DNA of 64,000 bases from Dimorphilus gyrociliatus (Eukaryota > Animalia > Annelida), in contig CAJFCJ010000053.1 in the NCBI GenBank assembly GCA_904063045.1, forward strand, positions 30,885-94,884, given 5' to 3'. The notes beneath the pieces are model-generated. The model was given only the letters and a program-made list of their open reading frames with translations, was not told the DNA's origin and searched no databases. Shown one piece after another: positions 10,963-21,975 of this stretch (positions within the stretch are counted from its first letter, which is position 1; each line of letters starts with the position of its first letter). Made by a program: the position numbers and the translations under genes.

Positions 10963-11580
10963 ATGTATGTAAACAAGTTGTGGATTGTTAGGGAAAAACC
11001 AGTTTATAGTATTCCTAACAGTTTGTTAGATGCCATTTTGCTCAGTATTAATAATATATTTGTTTCTATAATCTGAAAAAACATTGATTACAATAAACAT
11101 TTTCTTTATAAAACATGGGTTAGTCAAAAACCATTCTATCAAGCACAAACTTCGATGCTTAATATCTCTAATTCCAAGCCCACAATTTTTTTTAATTTTT
11201 GATATGTGTTTTAGTAATATGTTATAAGGCTATATTCAAAAAATAAAAAAAATAGTGGGCTTGGGTTTTGAGCTAGGGGTCAAAACGTAGAAAAAAACAT
11301 CATTTTTTCCTATTTTACACCTCAAACATATAGTTTGCTTCAAAATTTCAAAATTTTGAATCCAATTTATTACTGTACACCTTCAAATTGTTCAATTTAA
11401 AAAAAAAAAAATTCAAAAAAACAGAAAAAAATTTTTAATCGTTAATTTTCTTTCTCCAATATCTCAGCCTACAGATGCCAGCAGATGAAAAGACTTTAGT
11501 AAATTATTAATTAGGCATATATATACAAGTTGGCATACTCAACTAAAAAGGAACCCCCCTGTAACCCTAACCCTAACCCT
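10963..11580 (+). repeat. Element 'F' (~600 bp) ending in TAACCC repeats; inverted copy at 21229-21850
   Basis: Near-identical reverse complement at 21229-21850, including the telomere-like end. Confidence 0.9.
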
Positions 11581-12864
11581 ATACTCATTGTGTGGAGAAA
11601 GGAGAGTAGTGATACTGTAGGAGAGGATGACAGGTTGAGAGAGTTCTGGAACTATCTTAACAACAGAAATGAGGGTATTAGTCTAACCAGATCTGAGGCT
11701 GGTAACACAACCATCTTTCTAGATTTGGAGATTCAACTCAATCCTCTAGTGTTCAAAACTCATTTTAAACCTACAGACAGTAGAAGACTACTTAACCCCA
11801 AGTCTGCACATCCCAAACACACCATTAAAGGAATTTTATTTGCACAAGCTCTTAGGTATCTCAGAAATTGCTCAAAAATTGATACAGCAAAGGGACAACT
11901 CAATGATCTTAGGAATTTAAACAAAGATCTGGGCTATACCAAATCAATGTTCAAAGAGGCATGGCTAAAAGCCACTAAGAGGATTGAAATTGAGAGGCAA
12001 GAATTTGAAGGTATGAAACCATGCAATGGTAGGAGATGCCTAATGTGTCTGAAGGTTAGGAAAACTAACACATGGCAATCAACTGGCAGCAACCAATGGT
12101 TCAGAGTCAGGGGAGACTTTGACTGTACCTCTAGTTGGATAATTTACATTATCCAATGTACCCTATGTGAAATACAGTATGTGGGTCTTACCACTAGAAC
12201 TCTAAGAGATAGGATCAACAACCATAAAGGGGATGTGAGGAATGGATCCAATAAATTGGTCTCTGATCATTTTCGAAAACATGGAATAGATCAGATGACT
12301 TACTGGGTCTGTGATTCCATTCCTGAGGAAGATCCTAACAGAGAGAAGACCCTACAGACTTTGGAAGCAAGGTACATCAAAGAGGCTAATACAGTTACTC
12401 CGTATGGCTTAAATGAGGATCATGGTTGCTACAGTACTACTATAGTACCACTGGTTGTCTACCATCCAAGTCCTTGGTATAAACTAAATAGAATACTTAA
12501 GGACCACTGGAGTGCTCTTAATGATGACAGTCCATTGAAAGCGATTAGGCCTATTATTGCCTTGAAACTGGGGAGATCATTGGGTAGCCTTATAGTAAAG
12601 GGAAGAACTGAAGGTCCACCTCAAGAGGATAATACCAACACTCTGAATCTATTAGAATGTTGGCCATCCCCATGGTGGCATATTAAAACAGTCTTCAATA
12701 AACCACAAAACAAATTCTCTATTGTGAATAACATAGAGAGCCTGGACAACAGCAATGACACAATTCTCACCATGGCCAATAGCTGGGTGGGGGATGATCA
12801 GGATAGTAGTTTTGCAGGTATTAATCTCCTATTGGAGATACAGAGAGAAATTGACAGTGAATGA
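11581..12864 (+). mobile_element. 5'-truncated Penelope-like element ORF: RT C-terminus and thumb, Cys motif, GIY-YIG endonuclease, linker
   Basis: ILIVW...FLDLEI...FKPTDSRRLLNPKSAHP; PCNGRRCLMC; IYIIQCTLCEIQYVGLT...R...H; EARYI...PYGLN. It begins right after TAACCC repeats, just past where the catalytic DD would lie. Confidence 0.92.
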
Positions 12865-14178
12865 AAATTAATAGGGCTAGTTATTGGCTGAGTAAGGATT
12901 GAACACCTCTTTAATGGGGAACAGGTTGTGGTAGTTGGCAGTGAACAAACAGTTCCCCAACAAAAACACCACATCTGGTTCTTATATCCTAACCCTAAGC
13001 TATAGCCCCCTAAAAAGATACAAATTAGTGAAACTTTACAACTAACCCTAACCTAAGATAATGGAACCAACACTTAACTCAGCAGAGAAGAAGGTACAGA
13101 CTGGACAGACATGGGACCTGTTCTGAACAATTGTTAAATAATAAAGAATGGGGTAATTTGTGGGGAGACACCTCTCTATGAGAGAACAGATGGTTGACAG
13201 TTGGCAGTGAACAAAAGTTCCCCAACAAAAGGTCCCTTCTGGTTTCCCAATCAACACAAAGACAACCCATTGACAATCATACATGAGCAGTCTAATGTAA
13301 CCATAACCTCTACCTTCAACCATCTCTCAGTGTATTCCTTACATACAGGAACAAGTGTGTCTGATATATATAAGGGGTTGAAAGTTTAACATGGGTCTAC
13401 AGACCTTATGCTACATAGTACCCTAAGGATATATATATCAAAGAGTTAGTTTTGATCCAAAAAAATCAGTGATGTGACAAAAATGTCCCAAATCTGGGCC
13501 GTTTAGGAGTTTCGTTATGCGTCATCCTAGACGTTTCAATTTTGTTGGAGGTGATAGAGCTCGAAAAGAGCTTTTCACTGATATGCTACACGACCATGTA
13601 GCTCTTACGGTTCAGGAGTGGCTGAGCTTCGAAAATCGAAAATTTTCCGAGTTCGGGTAGAAAAATAAAAATATTTTTTTCTATCTTTCCGACGTAGGGG
13701 CAAGCTTGGATTCAAGTTTGAAAGCAATCCGACGATTTTGAAAAATTGGCCTTCACTGAGGCTCTGGACTTGTAAAGATTTCGCGAAAATCATTAATTTT
13801 CTAAGTTCATTGTCATGTTAATTACCTGTATAAACATTACATTCGCCTGGGTACTTAGAAAGATTTTGGAAAAAATATTTTCCGAAAATATTCTAAGTCC
13901 AGCCTAACACAGTGTTAGGTTTTGGACTTGGAAAAATTTCGACTGAAAAAAGTCGATAAATTTTTCAAAAATATTCTAAGTCCAAATTGGAGGTGAAATC
14001 ACCCCTTATCTTAGATTCAGTTATATTTCATGGTGCGGTAATGAATAGGGCTCTGGACCGCCCCATGCAAATAGGATTGGCCATATATGTACAGAGGAAG
14101 GAACATAGAATTGAATCTAGGTCTTCTTCTGTTACATTTTATGAAAAGTGACTTACCTGATTGTTATACCTGCGATTT

Positions 14179-14834
14179 TTGAAAGGTTACCCTCTAATTA
14201 CTATAGAACGTAGGGTCGAGATACTCGTAATAGAGTCTAAGGCTGCCAGTCAGCCATCCTCACCTACCACCGTTAACTTCAAAGCTCCATAGCTCCGCAA
14301 CCGCTGGGCCGATTTCGTTCAAATTTTGCACAGTTGCTCAGTTCAATTAGATCTAGCACTGTGTAAAATTTCATAACGATCAGAGCAAGTTGAAATTTCA
14401 ACTTTCGTCAGTGGTCGACTTGCTTTACTGACCACCAAATAGGTGATTTGTTGCGAGATAAAGTGTGGGATCAAACCAGTACCTATCCTAAGGTATAGTA
14501 AGCCTCTCAGAGATCAGTCTGGTGGCAATCTAACCGGCCACTTTTCCCCTCTCACTTGATAAAGGAGGAATACCTCCGAAATATTGTGAGTTTTAATCTG
14601 GTGACATTTTGTTAGTTGCTAAATACAGGTTCTCTTCACCCTTGTGGAGAATTTGTAAGTGGTTTTGTTGGAGATACAGTTACAGCTTAGGCTGGGGAAT
14701 TGCTACTCAAGATAGCAACTCCTCAACAGCTACACCAACCCTTAGCCAAAGCTTGGTTATAAGTGTGTGTGCACTTTTGGGATTACCAGTCTGTACTGAT
14801 TGTGCTAATCCCTAACCCCAAGACCTAACCCTAA
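14179..14834 (+). mobile_element. Repeat element 'E' (~650 bp) with 3' tail CCCTAACCCCAAGACCTAACC
   Basis: Near-identical copy at 55100-55752; 5'-shortened copies at 20285-20490, 43428-43790 and 43791-43932 share the 3' end. Confidence 0.9.
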
Positions 14835-17295
14835 GAAGGAATACAGGGATAGAATTAACAAAACCCTGACCAGAAAACCTCCAACCTATAGTATTGATGA
14901 TTGGGTACATATTAGGAGAGAAGATATTCACAGAGGTATGGAAAGGATACCAAGCTTTAAATGGAATGGACCATATAAGATAACAGCTGCAGATGCAACC
15001 AAATGTTTGTATGAAGTGGAATTGGAAGATGGCAAAAGAAAATATTATCATGCAACAAGATTAAGATTGGCTAATAACCAAGCAAGAGATGAGACAGTTA
15101 ATCATGTTGGTACAGAAAATAGAAGAAAACCATCAAGGTTATTTCCAATTAGAGAGATAATACCTCTAATAATAATCATGATCATATTTATGCTACTACC
15201 ATTGACAATGGCAAACCAATTCACAACTGGTGCTAACATCACTTTAGAATTTGTACCTCCTATTCAATACTGCAATGGACAGCAACTACAGCAAGCATTT
15301 GATTTAGCAGATCAACCTGAATGTCAAGTATACAACCAACCTGTGACCAAAATATTAGCCAATGTCTATGAAATAAACACAGCTGATTTAGAGGTTGAAG
15401 CAGTAAAATGCATGGTGAGGAAGAGAGAGAACTTCTACACTTATTATTTTTTTGGTTCAAAGAAGCACAGAGTTGAAAAATTCATTGTTACATTGTCAGA
15501 AGAAGAATGCAGAAAGATGTATCAAAAGAAGAAAGCTTACTCTGGGCAGAAGCTTTATAACAAAGGAAATATTTGGACTTATAATGAAAGGAAAGGAACA
15601 GCCTATAAATACCCATCAACAACTTTAGTTATAGAATATACTACAATTATACAAGTTGGAAAAGCATACTGGTTACCTTATCAAAACTATGTAACAACAG
15701 ATCTTGATTTTGTTGAAGATTGTCCAGTCCAACAAGATTTTGCAGAACTATAAATTCAGTTATTATCCTCCAATTGTTAAAAGATAATAGAATCATGGGA
15801 CAAGAATCACCATGGAGAGTGATTTCAAGAAGGATATCATGTATAAAGTTTGCAGGATATTACTCCTGTCCTGAATATACTATTATGGATAAATACTATA
15901 AAAATAGTTTCATAGAAGGATTTGGAGGGCCAGGTACAAGAGTTCTGGTTCCTATTGAAGAAAACCAACTTCTGAGAACAGATTTATCAACATCTGGGTA
16001 CCAAGATGATGAAATGCTAAAGAATGCAGTATTCAAGCTGGCATCAGAAGAGGAAGTAGTTTATTTGAAAAAGTACCAGTCAAAGAGTTTATTGCTAAGG
16101 AATGCTCTTCAGAAAGACCATGAAAGTATACCAACATTTAGAGATTGGTATAGGGAAGGAGATAAAACATAGCATATGATGATTAAAATCCCTGGTCTTG
16201 CTGTAGTCAGAACATACCAATTAAAGCAACCTATAGCACAAGATGTATGGAGTATACAAAACACATATATTGGAAAAATGTTAAAGAAAGTAACCTTGCC
16301 CATTGCAAAGGAGTCAAGAAAAGACAAGTACAAAGTTACCCACAAATTTGTTGAAGAAAAATTGTTGCCAAAAACAGATGTTTGGTTTCAAGGACCTCAA
16401 GGGAAGCAGTTTAAGTTGACTAAAAGAAAATTAGGATATCTCCTACTAGAAAGAGTTGCAAAATCAGAAGAAGAAAAAGAGATGAAAAAAAAAATCACCA
16501 TAGTGGAACAAGGGCAGCATTTCTAAAATCAGTTGATAGAAATTTCATCAACTTACAAGAAACCTTTAACCAGCTCTCAAGAATGTTATGTAGAGCATTT
16601 GTGCAGAGGGATAGGATGATAACTCCACTAAGTCCTATCTCACCTCAGTTACCTACAGTTTTATCTGAAGAGAAAGGAACACATAGCACTTGGCTGGGAG
16701 ACCTCACAACAATTAATTATTGTACACAACACAAATCTATTCAGATCATATGTGACTTGAACATTATTGTGAAAGATGGTAAATGCTCAAAGCAACTATT
16801 GGCCAAGTATAAGGAGTTAATATTCTCAGTGGAACCCATAACCCATCAGATACGTGAAATCAGCTTAAAAGATATAATATATGGCAAATGTAACACTGAA
16901 AAAAATCTATTCAAGGTAAAAGATAATCCTTTGGAAAGCCAGAGTAATAATGAACAAATAAGCTTGATCAATATTCAGATCAACTAAATTATGCAAAACA
17001 AATTGGCATTAACCCTGCAGTAACTAAATCTAGAAGATATTTTATGGCTTGGACAACGAAACCACTACAAACTATTATCAATTTCCTTATTCCTGAAACA
17101 ACAACTGGTGCAATTGGAATGATATTGTATTGGATAAAGATGAAAGGATTACATAAAAATGTAACACAAAGAATACTAAACAGATTCAGAAAAACAAATG
17201 ACATTAAATCCATTGAGGAAGGCCAACCCTTAAGAGTTGTCAGCAGCAGGAAAGGTCAAGTTATTATTGCCAATGTTGAACCATCAGTGGAATGA
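14835..17295 (+). pseudogene. Ty3/gypsy fragment: integrase C-terminus (GPY/F) fused in frame to a class III-like envelope, frameshifted
   Basis: KWNGPYKI...HATRLRLA, then a hydrophobic segment, then an ectodomain collinear with 33933-36250; no LTR seen. Confidence 0.85.
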
Positions 17296-17334
17296 TGCTT
17301 TAAGGAGATAATAATCAACAATTTCTACCAGAAA

Positions 17335-18982
17335 GGTTAAAAAAAATGTTTACAAATATTGTTTATATCAATGGCATTATAAGAGGAGATCCTTTTCATA
17401 GAAGACTCCAACAGGACAAGATATCTCCTTTAAGAAATATTGTTCAACATTTAATTTTTAATGAGATATTAGTCAACACTAAAGATGTGATGGAACAACA
17501 ACAAAGAAGAACTGGAAGAAGAAGATTAAACAGACAAGATATTCAGGCTATAGAGGAACAACACAATGAGTGAAATTAACAAACCTATCAAAACTAAATT
17601 TCAATCTCTGTACATTTTATATAAACACTTTGATATTTCTCTAGTTTAAAATAGTAATATTAGCATAATATAACTATGTATTTATATCAATGCAAAATTG
17701 ATTAGGTGTGTGACACACTGGAATGCCAGAGGCTGACATATCACTTCTTATATAATACCAAATGTGTCTAGGCTTGGGATACTAAAACTTTTATGTAATA
17801 CCAGATACTTGTCAAGATAAACTGACATATCTTAGGATATGTCAATTACATAACACTCCTCTATATAAGCTACAAGGTCTATCAAACATCATCACTTCAA
17901 GAAAATTCTCAGAACAAGAAGGACTGCTTTCTACAAAAACTCTGTTTAGTGATTCAACATCTACATACAACAAAAGATCACTTTTCTACATCAAACAACT
18001 CTGAGAGAAAAAACAAAGTAAGCTATATGTTTGTTTGTTCATTTGTGAAATTAAAGATACTATAATGTTTTACATTTATGTATCTATTTGTTTATATATG
18101 TTCAGGTGACTTTAAGATGTTATAGTTGATTTTCATCACTTTCATTTCTTTCATTAACACTATAAGACCTGTCAGACAACTTGGATTATATATCTTGCTG
18201 TTTAACAGTTCAAAAATTGTTCAATGAGGAACAGCACCAAATGAAAATTATAAACTCTGGCATCTTTTGTAAACATTATATACACATTGTACCTCCATTA
18301 TACCTAAACATACCAATAGGACAACAAAAAAAAACATTAGGCAAATAACTATATATCAGACCAAAGAAAATTTCAATAACTGAAAAGTAAGCAACTAGAT
18401 ATTACAAAACAAAAGTCATCTTATTGACAAGCATTACAAAGAATCAACTTCTATGGTTGATATTCATCCATACATATATACACGTACAAATACACATACA
18501 ATTTCAACATCCATACAACAAGAACATTCTTGCAAGGAAGGATTCAATTATAAAATTGGTCCTTTCCTCCCCTTCAAGATAGTTCTTAGGTTATACTATC
18601 CTCTGAATTGACCCTGATGAGTCTTTGCATTAAAAGGGGAAGACGAAACCATGGTAGGTCAACCATACTTGGCAACCATCTAGATTAATATATCCTAGGT
18701 TAAACATACTATTGCAATTTAAAACCAAATCAAAAACAAACAAACAGACATAAATTGATTAGTGATGGGAAGAGTACTTGTTTTAAAATGTACAATAAGT
18801 TCTTACTCTTGCATTCCATTTCATTATGGGATCTTCTGAAAGTTTGGTGGAAGTTATTTGACTTTCATCAGAACTGAGACCTTAGTGTCTAGTTCAAACC
18901 TATATATAAACCCTAACCTAACCCTAATCTATACTGGATTGGCAAACCCTAACCCCAAGACCTAACCAAGACCTAACCCTAA
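17335..18982 (+). mobile_element. Element G paralog: ORF C-terminus, 3' region, HHR and telomere-like tail
   Basis: 17340-17570 aligns with 5480-5690; 18140-18200 with 6040-6090; 18540-18910 with 6160-6500. Confidence 0.85.
18609..18661 (+). ncRNA. Type I hammerhead ribozyme (family G), copy 3
   Basis: TGACC-CTGATGA-GTCTT..AAGAC-GAAA-CCATGG-TA-GGTCA. Confidence 0.93.
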
Positions 18983-19484
18983 TTTCTTTATACATCTTTA
19001 AATGTTTTTATCTAAATGTGTTTAAGCCAAAGTAAGCAGAGTATTCAACTATATTCAACTTTGCTTTTTAATTTTGTTGATTTTTGTTATGATAATGACA
19101 TTTTGTTTAGAAACTCAAAATTTAACCTTCAGCCGCACCCATGTTGTAAGAGCAATAGTAGACTAGCCATATTTGATAAATATTTCACATTAATATGAAT
19201 TCTATACAATCATAGCTAGAACCCTGCTTCAATGCACATTGAAATCGCAGTAAATTTAAGTTAATTTTATAATGTTACAATTTCTGAGCTCTATGGGGAA
19301 AGTAATTCAATGTCTGCCAGAGATTAGGTCTAAATTTCTAGTTAACATTTTAAAACTCTAACTCAAACTCTTATATTCTCTCTTTTATCTACAATTCTAA
19401 AATATGACAAAAGTTTGTTTTTTTAAACTTTGCTTTTATTTTTTAAGAAAAGACATTTAGAATCTTTTTCATGCACAGTTATCA

Positions 19485-19789
19485 TTAAAATTTAATGTTA
19501 AATCTGCTTCTGCATGAGCGTGCAATGGAATTACAAAAAGATTTCCTGGATATTGAGCAACTGCGACAGTTGGTGTAGCTTGCTTGTTCTCTCTATATTG
19601 AAATACTAAATTAAAATATCACTTTAAATGGAATTATACTTTTACCAGTGCAAATTCCATATTCAGATCACTGTCATCCAATCCAAATTCTCTTTCAGCA
19701 AGTTCAGCCAATAGATCATTTAGCAAAGGATAAGACAATGCCTGATGAATGAAAAGTAGTATGCAGCAAATGGCTATTACAGTCTTCAT
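19485..19789 (-). CDS. 83-aa secreted prepropeptide with a cationic 4-Cys C-terminus (exons 19789-19646, 19592-19485)
   Basis: MKTVIAICCILLFIHQALSYPLLNDLLAELAEREFGLDDSDLNMEFAL / REQASYTNCRSCSISRKSFCNSIARSCRSRFNIKF*; 53-nt phase-0 GT-AG intron. Confidence 0.8.
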
Positions 19790-20057
19790 CCTGGAATATT
19801 TACTTTACTTTGTAGAATTTAGTTTAGCAATTGAAACTACTGAAAATAAATTTAATATGTCAATGATTTCATGTTAAAAACAGGTTTATATATAAAATTT
19901 TTAAATATTTCACCTTATTCATAGTTAAAAACCCTTTTCAAATTGAAAGTGCAGGTTCCTACCCATATTGTATGTCTGTCCTATTTTTCCCTTTATTCAC
20001 TGTCAATCTCTCTTTGAATCTCCAGAAGGAGATTAATCCCTGCAAAGCTGTCATCCT

Positions 20058-20220
20058 GGGTTAGGGTTAGGGTTAGGTAGGGTTATATGTATGTTTGAAC
20101 TAGACACTAAGATCTGAGTTCTGATGAAAGTTGAATAACTTCCACCAAACTTTCAGAAGATCCCATATTGGAATGCAAGAGTAAGAACTTATTGTACAAT
20201 ATAGACCAAGCACACTTCAC
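20058..20220 (-). repeat. Inverted 3' end of element G with its telomeric tail (GGGTTA on the + strand)
   Basis: Reverse complement of ~18780-18925. Confidence 0.85.
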
Positions 20221-20810
20221 ATCATAAGTCCATTGATTTTTCTTTTAATTTGTATTATTGTTTTAAGGTAGTTATTTATTGCAGCACAGGTTGTCTTCAC
20301 CCTTGTTGAGAATTTGTGATTGTGCTTCTGTTGGAGATACAGTTACAGCTTAGGCTGGGGAACTGCTACTCAAGATAGCAACTCCTCAATAGCTACACCA
20401 ACCCTTAGCAAAAGCTTGGTTATAAGTGTGTGTGCACTTTTGGGATTACCAGTCTGTACTGATTGTGCTAATCCCTAACCCCAAGATCTAAACTTTTTGT
20501 GGAACTTATTCAACTGTCATCAGAACTCAGATCTCAATGTCTAGTTCAAACATAATTAACCCTAACCTTACCCTGTGTAGGATACAATAGAGGCATAGTG
20601 AATTTAGTATTAATAGAGGTATACAAAGAAGCTTTATATCTGGTTCATAATTGTTGTGCAAAGTATTATAGCATGTTCAATACTACTCAATAGTAAAAAA
20701 GATTTACAATTTGAAAATACAAATATAGAAAAAGGTCAAGGACTTCTGTTTCATATGAATTAGAATGGTGCAACAATAGAAATACTTGTATTTCAAAGGA
20801 TGCAAAAAAA

Positions 20811-21018
20811 ATGGGGGCAGGTGCGAACGTACCTGTTAGCAAATATTTCCAACCATGAAAACATTTTAGGAAAGGGTTAGTTTGAATATTTGGATGAATT
20901 TATTGTTAGAGGGGCTCCAATTTAGGGTTAGGGAATATAAAAAACAGAGATATTAACACTCAATTTCAGATATATTAAGGTAGGCTTCAACTGGCCATGG
21001 GTACGTTCGCACCCCCAT
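20811..21018. mobile_element. MITE of the same MULE family as 2298-5048
   Basis: Inverted GGTGCGAACGTACC ends flanked by a direct repeat containing GCAAAAAAA; exact boundary ambiguous by a few bases. Confidence 0.75.
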
Positions 21019-21228
21019 GCAAAAAAAATGTTGGCTTTTTTTAAGAAATATTATTTTAAGTTTACATTAAGATATATTGAAATTTTGAAAGTTTTCTACT
21101 GTCAATATTCTTCAGGTTTATTTTAAGCATAACTAGTTTAAAACTAGTTTTACAGTACTAGCTTAAAAATGTTAGGGTTTGGTAAGGGTTATGGGTTAGG
21201 CCACTCACACAACTCTGGTAATGTTTTT

Positions 21229-21850
21229 GGTTAGAGTTAGGGGTTAGAGTTACAGGGGGGTTCCTTTTTAGTTGAGTATGCCAACTTGTATATATATGCC
21301 TAACAAATAATTTACTAAAGTCTTTTCATCTGCTGTCATCTGTAGGCTGAGATATTGGAGAAAGAAAATTAACGATTAAAAATTTTTTTCTTTTTTTTTC
21401 AATTTTTTTTTTTAGAAATTGAACAATTTGAAGGTGTACAGTAATAAATTGGATTCAAAATTTAGAAATTTTGAAGCAACCTATATGTTTGAGGTGTAAA
21501 ATAGGAAAAAATGATGTTTTTTTCTACGTTTTGACCTCTAGCTCAGAACCCACACCCACAATTTTTGTTATTTTTTGAATATAGCCTTATAACATATTAC
21601 TAAAACACATATCAAAAATTAAAAAAAATTGTGGGCTTGGAATTAGAGATATTAAGCATCGAAGTTTGTGCTTGATAGAATGGTTTTTGACTAACCCATG
21701 TTTTATAAAGAAAATGTTTATTGTAATCAATGTTTTTCAGATTATAGAAACAAATATATTATTAATACTGAGCAAAATGGCACCTAACAAACTGTTAGGA
21801 ATACTATAAACTGGTTTTTCCCTAACAATCCACAACTTGTTTACATACAT
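21229..21850 (-). repeat. Element F, inverted copy
   Basis: Reverse complement of 10963-11580. Confidence 0.9.
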
Positions 21851-21975
21851 GGGTACAGGACAGTTGACCCCCGGACAGTTGACCCCTGGACAGTTGACCC
21901 CCATTAGGACAGTTGACGCCCAGACAGTTGACCCCAAGTAGGACAGTTGACCCCCAGGACAGTTGACCCCCATTT
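21851..21975 (+). repeat. Tandem GGACAGTTGACCCC array, probably one end of a DNA transposon
   Basis: About 7 copies of a 14-20 bp unit, similar in style to MULE subterminal arrays; no partner end seen. Confidence 0.6.

Noticed and set aside
13495-13545. GAAAC-containing hairpin on the minus strand resembling an HHR
   Set aside because: The CUGANGA core is missing.
14609-14815. 68-aa ORF repeated at 43561 and 55531; antisense NPKSAH match to the PLE
   Set aside because: Conservation reflects repeat identity; it starts at TTG, has no domain, and the 6-aa match is surrounded by stops.
20110-20160. CTGATGA followed by a stem, as a possible extra hammerhead (also antisense at 6450, 7055, 18865)
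   Set aside because: No GAAA after the stem and no stem I or III; it is the conserved hairpin block of element G.
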